The translations under genes and the position numbers were made by a program. A DNA stretch of 63,462 bases, counting the filler, from Octopus bimaculoides (Eukaryota), in assembly GCF_001194135.2 (NCBI RefSeq). It is 5 parts of 4 records of this genome, joined end to end, with 100 filler letters (N's around TTAATTAATTAA, not from the genome) between each part and the next. Parts side by side here need not be neighbours in the genome. Positions count along the whole stretch, not along the records: positions 34,590 to 59,993 come from NC_068982.1; 4 more parts are not named here. One strand, 5' to 3'. This document shows positions 37,362 through 51,846 of the stretch, in pieces. The notes below the pieces were generated by a model that was given only the letters and a program-made list of their open reading frames with translations, made no database searches and was not told the DNA's origin. The stretch's first letter is position 1; the number at the start of each line of letters is the position of its first letter.

Positions 37362-37589
37362 GAAAGTCCATAGGCTGAGTATGAATGTGTGATGCTGGTG
37401 TTGTTAAATAATGCGCTCATTAAATTCTTTCCTGTTTTAGGAATAACAGCATTGTTTTTTTGTTTTTTTCTCTCTAGGTATACTGATGTTTGACTGAGTG
37501 CTTACAGCAGAATCGAAAAGTAACTAGTAGCAACCTGTCTTGAATATTTGACAGCATAGTTTTATCAAACATCTACAGAGAATATAGTT

Positions 37590-38191
37590 TATCTCCCAAT
37601 AAAATTCATGCTGTCACGGATGCTACGGTTGGGAATGACGCTCCAGTATTATCAAGAGTGAAAAAGTAAGCAGCTGTATTTTGCAGAATGGGGGGGGGGG
37701 CTATAGAAGATGAGCAAAGGTCTGGTTGTCCCTCAACTGTCACTATTTCTGTTGATGCAAATGACAATGTTTTTTTTTTTACTATCTTCAAAAGGCACAC
37801 ACCATCACTGGAGAGTATTATGCCAATTTACGGAGTCAGTTACGAAAGACTATCAAGACTAAAAGCGAATGAAAACTAGCAAAAATGAGTCTTGCATTAT
37901 CAGGACAGTGCTCCAGCGCACAAAACCTTTGTTTCAAGAAGTGCTGTGCGTGACTCTGCTTATGAACTGGTCGATCACACACCAACACTTTGCAGTATTA
38001 TTGGTGATTATCACGTCATATGTGCTGTTTCTTGTTAGACAAGAGGGTGAAAGCCTCATAATCAATGGGTTCCAAGCAAAGCAACACCAGTATAAAATGT
38101 GCGTGAACCGCAAAGGCGGTTTATGTTGAAAAATAAACCACAATCTGTGAGGACCTTAATCAGCCTATGGACATTTCTACCGACCCTCGTA
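37590..38191 (+). pseudogene. Internally deleted mariner element
   Basis: IEDEQRSGCPST; HYQDSAPAHK; YKMCVNRKGG end; right TIR ending ccctcgta. Confidence 0.8.
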
Positions 38192-40610
38192 TCTAGATTC
38201 AAATGTAACCTTTTTACTTCTTAGTATTTCTTTGCGTGTGTAACGATAAATGAATGAGTCAATAGTTCGAGTAGTTCATTGAGTCAATAAGTAATTGGTT
38301 GAAACCAGGAAACCTTTTCAAAAAGTGTTTAGAGATGCTTAGTGCATTGCATTATCTCGGTGGCTTATAATTGCTTACGAACTATTTCATGTTTTCGTTT
38401 TTGTGGTAACGATGAACACCAACAAAACACTTCATAAAGCACAATTTGTTTTCCTTCTTTCGATTTTCTGCTTTGCAATATCGGTCAGGCTGACGCAGTT
38501 ACAAGAACAAAGGATATGTTAAGGGTGAACAGATGACGTAAACAATATTTTTAGGGAAATTATAATACTCAAGGACAAATGCAGTGAGGAGAAGCGAGTT
38601 ATTCTCTTACTCTGCTGGTGGTACAGGTGAGAGGATTTAAAGAGAGGATAGATTTTTAGTTGCAAAGTGAGTCTAACAGAAGCGTACCCGGTTTTAAAGA
38701 GCTTCTATCAATATAGAATACAGGTAAATACGAGAACAGACAAAATATTTGTGAATGATGTCCCGATAAATCTAAGTTTCTACTTGTGTTAACAATTCAT
38801 GTAAAATCTATTTGTCTTATACTTAAAATATTCACTTCTCTATTGACATTTAATGATGATTGATAGGAACGCTAAAATTCTCCTTAAAGTTAATGAATGT
38901 TAAAGCAATGCAATAAGATAATATACAGCAGAAGTATGTTAATATTACTGAGGAAATATGTTTTAGTTCAAATGTTTTATACTTACACTCAAAAGATTGT
39001 GGAATTGAGCTAAACTCATCTACTTGTGATTGCAAATTAGAAACAGCGCTTGGTGATAAAATACTATCACCATGGCGTTTTATGAGATCCCCCCCCCCGA
39101 ATGTGTTCATTTATGCATCACGTAAAATGTTTGTTCATTTAACTGACAAGAATTCGATACTGCATACATGCTTTATTATGAACACATCCTGTTGCGTTAA
39201 TTTTTAATCCTCTGTATAAACGTGATGAGAAGACAGACCTTACGGAGACATGAGGAAAAAATTTCAGTGTAAAAGACATGACTTAATTTATAGAAGGGAA
39301 TGGATAATGACAGATATGAATAATTTGTAATAGAAAAACTAAAATATGAGGATTTGAACTGAAGATAAACCGTCGATGGTAGGAGCAGCAGGAGACTGAT
39401 TTAGTTGTCAATGTAACACATTTGTGACTCTGAGAGACATGAAAATATGATCTTGCTGATAAGAGCACAGATATTAATGATCATTCTGAGGAACAAAAAA
39501 AACGAGATAAATTTTAAAACCATGAAAGCAATAGTGATAACAATAATCAATATATGCGTTTAATGGAGTAGAATGGGTCATGAGACCAGGGAAGAATATG
39601 GTAGTTTTAAGGGAAAATAATGTCATGAATTTCTATGATTATTTATAATCATCGTGGCCACTAATAAATTATTAGCAATTTAAAGCTATAAATCTGTTTT
39701 GTCCTTGCAATCTTCAAAGACGTAGTAATCATAAAATGTAAATTCTAATCAAATACTAATCATATAAAAGTTCTTGTTTAATGACTCTGCGACTGATAAA
39801 CATTAATATTCTTTATTATACTCAACATTTATGCTTCAAGCGTTAAATATTCGAACACATAATGAATTCAGTTTTGTTTTATTTTATATGGTATAGTGTT
39901 GTCGGCATTTCTTCACAAAACATATAACTAAGTATTCAAAAATAAAATATTCGAGTGGATAAAAAAAGCGACACCATATGCCATGGATGTCAAGCTGGTC
40001 ACCTTTATATTCAAAATGTTCGTATCATCTATGTCGGAAATCGATCTGCATTCGGCATTCAGACGCATCAAATCTTTTTCAACGCACACATTCTGCATCC
40101 TTCCGAACGGAAATGTTAGGTAAAATCCTATGCATGCAATTAAAAAAAAAAAAAAGAATGTACTGGTTACGTCTGGAATGAACTGACCATAATTGTCCTT
40201 AAATGTGGATTATATAACTTAAAAATCAGCATATATTTGATGTCACTAAACATAGGTAATTTCAGTGGTAACTCAACATCTAAAAGCAAATATTCCTTAA
40301 ATTATACATTCATGTTACCATTTCTATACAATGAAATAGACTTTGGTAAATGTGGTCAAACCTATTCAACAAAGATCGGGTGCTAACATATGAAAACATT
40401 TGATGATATCCCTGCTCATTCACGCTTGAGTTGAGGCTAAACAGCGAACAGAAATGTATAATAATGGAAAATCATTTCTATACTTCTTCCGCAAGATCAT
40501 TACTATGTATTACACAGTAAATCCATTATTGCTTATTCCTAAATAGTTAATACGTTTATTATTAATATATATCGTTTATTAATATCAATCTTATACTAGC
40601 CACAGCAGCA

Positions 40611-41884
40611 TATTGGGGGTATCCCATAAATAATGCAGTTATTTTAATTACATGAACTAAAATTCTGAAGGGAACGGGATAAAGTACCTGCATTAACTTG
40701 CCATAAAGGCAGGTAATAATTTAACCTTGCCCTTATTCTCATTGCAAGTTTTGAAGAGTGCAGTTCGATTTTAATAGCTATTTTTCAATGCTATCATGGA
40801 AGTGACAAACGAGCATATTCGACATACTTTGCTTGATGAGTTCATTAAAGGCAACAACGCAAAGGAAAGTACGAGGCGAGGAATATTAATGCAGTATATG
40901 GTGATCGGACAATAAGCGTAAGCCAGTATAAACGGTGGTTCCAGAAATTACGAGCCGGAAACTACAGCCTAGACGACAAACCTCGTCCTGGAAGATCTGT
41001 AGAGCTCGACGATGAAGTTCTGAAATAGTTGGTGGAACAAAATCCCATCGTAATTGTTGAGAAACTAGCAGAGAAGCTTGGACCTGGTCATTCAAACATT
41101 CATCAAAACGGGTCAATGGGTTCCAAAAAAACCTTCCGAGTCTACTCGTGCACACATAGTTTATGTGTGCTGTTCTTTTACGTCACGTCTCACAAATGAA
41201 CTATTTGTGAACAGAATAGAGACTGGTGACAAGAAATAGGTTTTGTATAAAAATGTCAAGCGCTGAAGATCGTGGGTAGGGAAAGGAGAAACATCGGCAT
41301 CCCACACTAAAAACGGTCTTCACCAACGTAAGGTTTTGTTATCTGTTTGGCAGGATATAAAATGATTATTCCACTTTGAACTTTCAAACCCAAGCCAAAC
41401 GATTGCAAAGGAGATCTACTGGGAGCAGATTGAGCGGAGTACGTCAGAGCTAGAAGAAAAACGACCATCATTTGTTTTAAGACGAAAGGTGTCTTCCATC
41501 AGAATAATGCTCGGCCACATACAGTAAAGATGACATTCCAAAGGCTGGAGCAGTTTGAATGGGACACGATACCCCACCCACCATATTCGCTGGAAGTAGC
41601 TTCATCTGATTATCATATTTTTCCGCAGTTTTCGAAATCAGTTGGACGGGCAACATGAATTCTGTAGAGGAGGTCAGAACAGTACTGGAGGTGTATTTTT
41701 CGTCACGGACAAGTGAATTTTTCGAAGAAGTGAATTTTGCAAATCCACCAGATAGAAGGAAGAGCATTATAGAAAAAGAAGGAAAGTATATATTAGATTA
41801 AAAAAAAGAACTTTGTTTATCTTGGTTTTGAAAATTACAAACAAGTATTTAAAAAAATCGCATTATTTATGGAATGACGCAGTA
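40611..41884 (+). mobile_element. Near full-length mariner (DD34D-type) element with TIRs; transposase pseudogene 40796-41801
   Basis: TIRs tattgggggtatcccataaataatgc / gcattatttatggaatgacgcagta; MEVTNEHIRH..GQWVP..TGDKK..HQNNARPH..HPPYSLEVASSDYH..EGKYILD*, with several stops and frameshifts. Confidence 0.93.
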
Positions 41885-42939
41885 CATATTAAAATGGAGT
41901 CAAATGACCGAGTCACTTCTCGGGTGGTGGATCCGCTAGAAATATTCCTGTCAATCCACCAGATACACCATCACATCTTTAAATAGACAAAACTACCACA
42001 ATTAGTGTATTGTAATAGACAGAACAGCTTTCGTTTATGTCACTCATCATAGTCGAACATAGCCCAAACAAGTACTAAAGCAATGAGAACAACTACAACA
42101 AATGACTAGAGTAGAAGTAACATGTTATTACTTAAATAATAGCTTTCTTTAAAATTGGATAGAATTAGAGTATTATAAAGTATATATCGGTACCGCTGAT
42201 ATCCATGCTGAAAGGATATGAGGTAAACACAATAATTATCGGACTGACTTTAAAATGGCATTATTGAAAATAAGTTCTATTATATCTATTTAAATGGAGC
42301 TAAGAAATTAATGAAGTTGATGAATATAGATTATTACCACTCTTTTCGCTGTTGGTGTACTATTTAGAAACCCAATATTAACTTTAAATATAAGGCCCCG
42401 TGATTAAATGAGATCAGAACAGTTTTGGTACATTGTCTTCAGATAATTCCATACGAATAACATTAGAAATATTACGTGAAAACTCATGTTAGCAATAATA
42501 AAACATTATTTGCATTTGTATCACTGTATATTACTAAAACTGATAAATAGTAGCTTCATTGCTGTTTAACAAATGTATAACAAACGTGAACAGTAATATA
42601 ATTTATTTTACAGTATTAAGAAAGAAACAGAACTGAAAAACCATCATAATTATATTTACGTAAACCGGGCAGATAACTGCTTGGTGTTAATAAAACTGGT
42701 CATCATAAATGCTGTACAAAATAAACGTTTTCCATTAATGAAGCAAGTCTTACAAGCAAGAGGGGCCTCATATCAGTGAGGGGGGCCGGTGCGCATTGAT
42801 GCCGTCGAGAGGTAGGCCCCGAAACGGCGCGCATTCTCTCCTGATGACCCCATACACTTGCTGGCTTCCGGTATGCGGAGTTCTTGACTGGTAGCACTTG
42901 CATGTGCGAGTTGTTTGCAAGACATGTAGGCATGAAATA

Positions 42940-43550
42940 ATGGCTTATATCTCGCTTTCGTTAACTATTTTGGGTATTTTTATCGTAATAAGTGATTTAC
43001 TCTGTGGAACGTGGGGAATATGGCACATGGAGAGAGAGTGAATTTTACCAACAAGCAGCTCAGTTAGATTACACTGAGATTAAATAATGCGAGAAACCCC
43101 CAAGCATTGGACTCGGAAGGAAACTATTAAAGCGCATTGAGTAATTTCTGAAGAATTGAACCTAACTTGTGGTGATCGATTGTGATCGATGGGGGGTGAA
43201 ACAAGAGAAATCTCCCATGTGATCTGCTCGCTGTTATCCAGGAAAGCACAATTCGCAGCTAAATGAGAACAAAACTTGAATTAATCCACTTCGGTATTGA
43301 GGCTGAACTTAAGAGAAAATATACTCTTCTTTCGAGTAAAATCAACTTGGCAGCAAATACCACTAAAGACCTCAGAATAAATGTCAACAACAAATTAAGC
43401 TGGTGTGCCCACATAAACAGTATATGTAACATGTCCCGCAGGGCCTGCTCCCGGATTCTTAGGACTCTTCGTTCTTGAGACGTTCCAAACACTTACACAC
43501 GTTCCAAATATCATCCTTCGCTCCCTTGAATACTATTGCCGAGAGATCAA
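42940..43550 (+). pseudogene. Degenerate CR1-type RT fragment
   Basis: ELIHFG..TTKDLRINVNNKLSWCAHINSICNMSRRACSRILRTLRS, homologous to 8860-9120. Confidence 0.65.
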
Positions 43551-43642
43551 TCACAAAAAGTAGACGCCATATGCAAATATGTTTCATTGGCTGTTTCTTT
43601 AAAGTTAAACATATCTAGCATTTCATATTGTATAGACTACAT

Positions 43643-43917
43643 CAGAGGTTCTCAAAACTCATGGCCACATAATAACATCAGCGCCCCACTCCTGTTTTAT
43701 GTATAAATATTTGATATTTTACTATTTTGTATATACTAACAATCATTTGATATATAATATAATATTATAGAGTTTGTATACAATACTATAATAATATTAT
43801 AATAAATTCATAGCGTTCCCCAATCCACTGCCGTCCTTCCAACTCCTCCTTTTTCCCGCCTGCACCACAAAGCCCATCGCGGGGTGGGGGCGGTAACGCC
43901 CTCTTTGAGAAACTATA
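43643..43917. mobile_element. hAT-type MITE with an 8-bp TSD
   Basis: TIR CAGAGGTTCTCAAA / TTTGAGAAACTATA; GACTACAT at 43635-43642 and 43918-43925. Confidence 0.85.
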
Positions 43918-44517
43918 GACTACATTGATGAATGTACCTATAAAGTAATATAAATATATACAAGGGCATTAATATGTATTTCTGTTGAAATATATTAGTA
44001 TATGTGTGTGTTGGAAATATCAGTATCCAGTACAAAATTCCTTAATACTAATAGTCAAAGGTGTTTATTACCCAAACTTTATAACACTTAGTTCTATTTT
44101 GCTAATGATATCAAACAATTTTTCATAGTTCTTATGTCATTGGTTATTTCGTATATTTGTAGATACCTTACGAAACATCTCGTGTGAATTTCTAAGATAT
44201 AATTTAAAAATAATAGTAAATATGACATTCTTTGATATAAAAGCAATAATTCAATTCGTTCTTCTATGTCTTTACTACTTTTTAATATGAAATATGCAAA
44301 GAACTTTCAAGTGTTACATTACATCGGTAGAGTCAGAATATTTGAGGTAAAATATGTGGTTGTTCAAAACTACATATGGCATCGATATTTATTTTGAAAT
44401 TATTGACTTTTTAGATTGAAATTACTGACACTTCCAGTAATTTAGTACCCTTCATGCACAAATCATTTCAGGTTTTCATTAACCCCTTGAAATATCACAC
44501 AATCCCTTATGAATCAT

Positions 44518-44562
44518 ATTGCCGACAATTCTATTGCCGACAATTCTATTGCCGACAATTCC
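44518..44562 (+). repeat. 15-bp tandem repeat, 3 units (attgccgacaattct)
   Basis: Three near-exact units. Confidence 0.9.
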
Positions 44563-45504
44563 ATTATCAGGTTTTCTTTTCCGTCAGTAATTAGGGTCTA
44601 CAGCGTTCAATGTATATTCGCTATGTATGTTTATATAATCGATTTAAAATTCAGGACAATATTACAGGTCCATTTCAGAGATTTAAATAATTTGTAATAT
44701 GCTTCCAAAACAGCCGTCTGTTTGATGCAACAACTTCTTAAAATTTAAGCGGAATTTTAATATCAATAGCAGTTGTATGAAACTGCAGTATGTAAATAAC
44801 CTGGTCAAAATTTGTGTCTTTCAGAACTTATTATTCAAAAATACATTGATATGACATATTATTTAAAATAAATTCTACAATGTAATGCATTATGATGATC
44901 TTTTAAAATTTTAATAAATTATAAGTTTCTTCTGTGTAAATTCAACAACGAAAATATCAAAATTCATTATAGTCTAATAAATGCATGAACGCTGAATATG
45001 TTATTTACTTCAGTATTATATTTTTTGACATATGCTAACGTAGAGAATAAAAATAGACAGTATTTAGAATTGCAAAATCACTGAGAATAATTATAGATAT
45101 CACACATCTACAGTCTTCGTTCACGAACAATAAGACTTAAAAAATTAATAATAATTGCAATTAGCATGCAGATAGGACTGATAACTAGGATAAAAACTTT
45201 ATATCCTTACATTACTATGCATTTTAAATCTGATATTACGAGTGTCTACGCTGATTTTACTGAACATATCAACTGGCTAATATCACTCAGCAATGTAGAT
45301 CAAAGTTACTATAGTATTAGGTCGTCAGGTATGAGATTTGTAGTAAGGTATATAATAAACTTTGACATCTACTAATTTTGTGCCATTATCATAGTTTGAC
45401 TATCTTTATTTTTTGTTAGAAAGACGACAATCTATTTCTTTATTCTAACTCATTTTGCGCTTTATAAAGTATTTATAAATATTTTTGCTATTTTTTGTTT
45501 ACAG

Positions 45505-46452
45505 ATGGATTAGTCGGAAATTCGTACTTTTTTGAAATACAAGTTCTTTCTTGGAAATACAGTATCACAGGCAGCTCGGAATATGAATGGAATATTTCAT
45601 TCTAATGTTATTACACAGTACACAGTATCAAATTGGTTTGGAAAATTTCGTTTTGCTTAATTTGACATCACAAATAAGTGACGTAGACGACCAGAAACAA
45701 ACGTTGATAGCGAGTCAGATTCCATCTGAAAGGGTCCATGAATTATAGTTGAAACATTTGGATAAGTGGGTTCCTCATGAACTCAATGGAAATCAGAAAC
45801 AACAACGCTTGGAAGTCTGCGTTATGCTATTTTCCCGTCGCACAAATGAATCGTTTTTAATCGAATTGTAACATGTGAGGAGAAATTGAACCAACACAAC
45901 ATCCGTAAACGTTCAGCACAATGGTTGGACAAAGACGATCCACCAAAACACAGTCCAAAAAGCAAAATTCATGTAAAGAAACTGATTATGTGTATTTGGT
46001 AGTCTGAAGTAGGTGTGATCCATTATGATTTCATTAAACCTGAGTCATCAATGACGACCGAAGTATACTGCTGTCAACTGGACCACATGATGCAGAAACT
46101 TACAAAAAAAAAAAAGAACAGCGTAGATTAGTCAACAGATCCACTCCTATTTTATTGCATGACAATGCCAGACCAGACATAGCAAAAATTACATTGGCGA
46201 AACTACAGGAGTTGGAGTTGGTAGTTTTCCATCATCCACCATCCTCACCTGATCTTGTCCCCACTGACTACCATTTCTTCCAGAATTTGGGTAACTTTTT
46301 TATAGGAAAAAATTCCGAAGATGCTGTAAAACAGGCCTTCCAAGATTTTATTGACACTGGATTGCCAGGTTTTTTTACAATTCCGGGCTGGACAAGCTAC
46401 TACTGAAATAACAAAAGTGCATTGACAATATGGGTGCATGGTTTGATGAATA
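45505..46452 (+). pseudogene. Mariner transposase pseudogene
   Basis: KWVPHELNGNQKQQRLEVC; LLHDNARPD; HHPPSSPDLVPTDYHFFQNL; multiple lesions. Confidence 0.92.
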
Positions 46453-47797
46453 AAACAATTCCTTGTATTTATAAAACATTAGCAATTTTTTAAATCTTTT
46501 CTACAAGATTCATAGTTGACGACTCAATAGATCAAAGTTCAAATCTCAAATCTCGATATGAGCGGAAATCCTTTCAAGCATCATCTCATAAATCCTATAT
46601 GATTCAGTAGTACTGTCCATATAACTAGGTTTCCGAACATTGAGCACGCCATGACGAATTACGAAAAATACAACGTAATGTTGCTCTGTAACAAATTCTA
46701 AATATAACACTCAATATGTAATGCACTCAAAGCACGTCATAAACTAGAAACAAAATTAGCATAGGAGTGGATTGAAAAATAAAACAAAATTAAAATACAT
46801 AAACGCTGTTATGAAATCTATATAAATTTGTGTTCCGAGCAGAACAAAATAAGTATGTATTGAAATATTTTGAAAAGAACGTATTCAGTAGACATGTCAT
46901 TTCCCAGTCAACAGGGGAAAAAGAAATGCAATTCTTATTATGAATAAGATTGATAACGCTTTTCATTTTAAATATTGTCATCTTTTTTATTTTCATTTTT
47001 TCGTTGAATGACTTTCGACTTTTTTTTCGCTTCAATCTATGCGCCAACGTTTAAGTTGAGTATGTAGATATAAGTGTATGTATGAAGACAAGAAGTTATT
47101 GAAAAAATGTTTATCAAAATAAATTTTCATATAACATGAAGCAATAAAATATATTCATATCGAAATTTATTCTCTTTTATTCTTCCTTTCAGGCATTCTG
47201 TTTTATTTAATCAAAAAGGGTAACATCGAAAGTTAGTCAGTTATTGGTGGGTGTCTCGTGCATTATATAGGTAGGTCGGCTTTCATTTTCGAAATTGTCT
47301 TCAATCAGGTGTAGAATACAGTCCATTGTATAACAACAAACTTCATCGATAGTTAGTAGGCTAAATCGGAATTAGCCGCAATGTTATTTAGTAATGTTAT
47401 ACATACATACATACATACATGCATACTTATCTATCTATCTATCTATCTATATATCTATCTATCTATCTATCTGTCTCTCTGTATGTATATGTATATATGT
47501 ATATATGAATGTATGTACGTGTGCATACATATCTCTGTGTGTGTGTATTTACGTTAGAAATGTCGAACGCCGGAGAAAGACGTGCTTAATAGATACTGTG
47601 AATGATAGAGTTTTTATTTCTTAAATAAAACTAACTAAACGTATTTTTTAAATATAAACTACCCAACAAGGGTATATCGTAGGTAAACATGTTAGTGAAA
47701 TTCATACATAAGAGATCGAATATGTTATTTAACTTTGTGGTGGTAGTTTGTTCCTAAAATTGAAATATTAAATGTTATAATTTTTGCTAATATGCGA

Positions 47798-48240
47798 CGG
47801 TTGCGAGTTGACAGAATCGTTAGCACGGTCACAAGGCGGCGAGCTGGCAGAAATATTAGGAAACCGGGCGAAATGCTTAGCGGTATTTAGTCTACCGTTA
47901 CGTTCTGAGTTCAAATTCCGCCGAGGTCGACTTTGTCTTTCATTCTTTCGGGGGTCGATACATTAAGTACCAGTTAAGAACTGGGGATCGATGTAATCGA
48001 CTTAATCCCTTTGTCTGTCCCTTCTATAATTAGCCCCTTGTGGGCAATAACGAAATAAGAATCGTTAGCACACCAGGCAACAAGCTTAGCGGCATGTCGT
48101 CTGATTTCAAGTTCTGAGTTTGAATTCCGCCTTGCATTTTATCATTTCGTGGTCAAAAAATACGTACCAGTTGAGCACTGGGAGCGATGTAATCGACTTA
48201 CCTCCTCACCCGATATTGCTGGCCTTGTGAATAATCTGAA
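47798..48240 (+). mobile_element. Family-2 SINE (47827-48057) nested in the head of an older family-2 SINE
   Basis: 14-bp duplication agaatcgttagcac at 47813-47826 and 48058-48071. Confidence 0.85.
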
Positions 48241-49764
48241 TTCCTTATTACTAATGCATGTGGGTATGAGTGCGTATATTTTGCATGAATACTTAAATAT
48301 GATCGCGTGTGCAATGCAGGAGCAATAGCGTTTGCTCATATTGACATTGATTTCTCAACATATCTTTTCGATTTGGATACTGCTGTTGTCTTTTTTTTTA
48401 TTAACATCTCATTTGTATTAGAAATATTCATATTCAACGCGCAATAGTCTAATGTAAATCGATATTTACTATATTATTTTATTTTATGCAGTTAAATCCT
48501 TCATAATATTGATCTTTTACCTTCGTAACCACTGTAATAGTACAGAGAAACGACTGAATCAGACACACGACTTTTCTGATAGCTGGGAGGTTGAAGCAAT
48601 TTTACTGTACATAGATAAATGTATTTAGGAATATTAAGATAATATATTGTTTATCTTCAGCTTTAGCACAAGTTTGAAACAAATGATTTATTCCTTTCAC
48701 TTCGTCTGCGAATTTATATTAGAATAATGCCATGGAAATTTTAAATTCTATAAATATATTGCAAACTTTGCTTTATTCAAAATGCCTATTGATTTTACCA
48801 ACTTTCTTCAACATGTTTGGAAAATACAAGTTGCTATAGAAATGGTGATTTAATTGTGTATGAAATATATGACAGACTATAGAAATTTAGAATTCAATAA
48901 ATGCAATGCAAATTCTAAATCACAGTAAATGTCATTCTTAGCTTGTGAATTTCAATGAGATTATCTGCAGTGAGATATTTTAGTTCTTAATTTAATGCAG
49001 TGGAAAAAAGCGTTCTCATCATTGGGTTAATTAGAAGTGTAACAGAATAGATGGGGGTTGGGCTTCGAATTCGGTTTTCATATTTATGTATTAACGACAA
49101 GGCATGAACCTGTGAGCACATACGAAGAGCAAAGTTTATGTCACATGTGTAGTTCATGATCGTTCGTACTTTTCGATGGCGATCAACTAAAATTTATGTT
49201 TCAAATGAGAATGTAATCACCTATTTAAGCACGATAGATTTGCAAAAATCGTATTGAGCATATGTAACTAAGAATTGACATAAATAATATTTAGGTTCAG
49301 ATACCATTATATATACAAGAATTGGAATGTTGATTTATGCATTAATAATATTTTTGTAACTCATTCATAAGAGTTACGGCCGCTATATTGCCTTAAACAT
49401 CAACGTTCAAAGATCTCACACTGTAATTTAGGTTAACAGCGCAGATACATTCATTTTGTAAATGTGTTTCTTATCGTATGGAGTAACAAGAACTCGTCAG
49501 TCAGTTATTTCAGAAAGCAAGCAAACTTAACAAATAAATAAACTCTCACCCAATCTTGAAACATTCACAGAACTATTCAAATATATGAATTGAATCTCTT
49601 AATATGTAACATGCGCCTTTAAAAAAAAAACATTGTTTAACAATTGTTCATGATTTTGACGTGTCAGTATGTGTGGGTGTATCCGCATCTGTTTGTAATT
49701 ATGTGTTTGTTCATATGTCCACAAAATTTATAGGTAAATATTCTTTTATTCTTATATTCTTTTG

Positions 49765-50155
49765 CTTGTTTCAATATTCTGACTGTGGCCATGCTAAAGC
49801 ACCGCCTTGAATTAGAACAAGGCGACCCCAGGACTTATTTCTGAAGTCTAGTACTTATTCTATCGTCTCCTTTTGCCGAAAAGCTAAGTTACAAGGACGT
49901 AGACACGCCAATACTGGTTGTCAAACGGTAATGTGTGACGAACACAGACACAAGGACACATGTAGATACGCGTGCGTGCACGTTCACATGCATACACACA
50001 TTTACGACGGATTTCTTCCGTCTATCAAAATCACTCACCAGGCTTTCGTCGGCCCGAGGCTAGAGTAGAAAACACTTCCTCAATGTGCCACGCTGTGGGA
50101 TTGAATCCAGAGCCATGTGATTGAGAAACAATTTCTTAACACACAACCACGCCTG
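49765..50155 (-). mobile_element. CORE-like SINE, diverged but CpG-retaining
   Basis: Full reverse complement of the 3563 family. Confidence 0.9.
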
Positions 50156-50733
50156 TGGCTATAAATCTAAATTGTTTTTTCTTAGTATCTACCTATCTAG
50201 GTGTGTGTACATCCGTATTTACATCCTTAATCAATGAAGAAACAGTGAAAAGAACAGTAAACAAACAATTCGTATTATATCTCAGACGGAAATATAAGAT
50301 GCTATAAGGAGAAAAATATTAAGAAGAACGATTCCTTATTTTCGAACCAGCTGTAAGATGTAGTAGTTTGAACAAAATCCACTTCATTTGTAATTACTTT
50401 TGAATTAATGTATCCTGTTTATTGACATTCTGTTACATATATAAGTACGTAGCTGAGCACATCACTGAAATAAATTTTATGCGGCTCCAGAGGTTTGCAA
50501 TTCTGGGCATCATAAGTATTAGCACATTTAATATTTACAACTGATAACTGCCATGGCAAAACATATTACACACAAACACCCACCCACATACACATGCACA
50601 CACATATATGCACATACACATATATACATATATACATGTAAAGAATGTGTAAGGTATTTGAGGACTTACTTTTTTTTTGGTCAATCCTGCATTTTTTGCT
50701 AACTCTGTATAATATTTGTTTCAGATAATAATA

Positions 50734-51767
50734 ATGGCAGACCATGAGCTTACTCAAGAAATGAATAGGTATGCTGTTATTGTGGTTATAAAAGCTGAGC
50801 ATAGCGATTTAGAAATATCTTCATTTTTAAAAGCTGCCAGAACTTTCGTCTACAAACTTTGTAAGGAGCTAGAGACTGTAGATGGAAATGTATCACCAGT
50901 ATCAAAGCATAAAAAGCATTCAAAACGCTCTGATATCATCAGAACACCTGAAGTTACCCAACAAGGTCAACAGACCATTGATTATAATCACAGACATTTT
51001 ATGAGGTCTATAGCAAAAGATCTCCATGTGTTAGAAGGAATAGTCAGAAAAGTCCACAAAGGCATCAGATATAAGTCTTATATGATGTGAAAACGTCAAT
51101 GTGTCGGAAAAAGCGAAAGAAAATCACTACATCACATCTAAAGGGCTCTTAAACAAACTGAAAAATCCAGTAGAAGATATGATTTGATTTTTCACAAACG
51201 AGAAAATCTTCGATCAAAAATTTAATAGAAGAAATGACAAATGATTATGTGCAGACACTTCTAATGTTCCAAGTGTTATTCATAGAAAATTTCCGCAAAT
51301 GTCATGGGTTTAGGGGTTGTCAGCAATGAAAGACATGTGATGCTTCCTTACCTCTTTCGACAAGGCCTTAGAGTTAACTCTGGCGCCTACATTGAGGTCC
51401 TGGGAATAATTATTAAGCCCTGGATAGACAGTGTATGCAATGGAAGGCCATATATGTTTAGGAAGATCCTACACTTCCATAAATGGCTGTTGTAAAACAG
51501 GAATGAATGGCTGAAAATTTACATGATCACATAACCTCTAACATTTGGCCTCTTAAATCATCAGATCTGAATCCATTAGACTATTATATGTGGAGTGTTT
51601 TTGAGAGACGGTTAAATAAATATGGCCATAACACCAAAGATTCTTTGAAAGCTGCCATAGTCAGTGTAATGTCCAAAATGAACCAGGACTTCTCGGTTCG
51701 AGCATGTAGATGATTTAGATCTCATATAGAAACAGTTGTTAAAGCTGAAGGGGGGATTTATTGAATA
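50734..51767 (+). pseudogene. maT/DD37D-type Tc1-mariner transposase pseudogene, near full length
   Basis: RYAVIVVIKAEHSDLEI..IRYKSY..FTNEKIF..VMGLGVVSNE.HVM..KPWID..WPLKSSDLNPLDYYMWS..VKAEGGFIE*. Confidence 0.9.
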
Positions 51768-51846
51768 ACATTATAAAAAAAGGATTTATTTTTATCCTCC
51801 TAGGATTTATTATAATGTTTATTATCTGTTATTGGATATCTATTTT

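Noticed and set aside
42815-42855. GAAAC..CTGATGA in permuted hammerhead order
   Set aside because: Stem II cannot form (CCCC faces CCCC)
44518-44562. CRISPR-like repeat
   Set aside because: Contiguous 15-mers with no spacers in eukaryotic DNA
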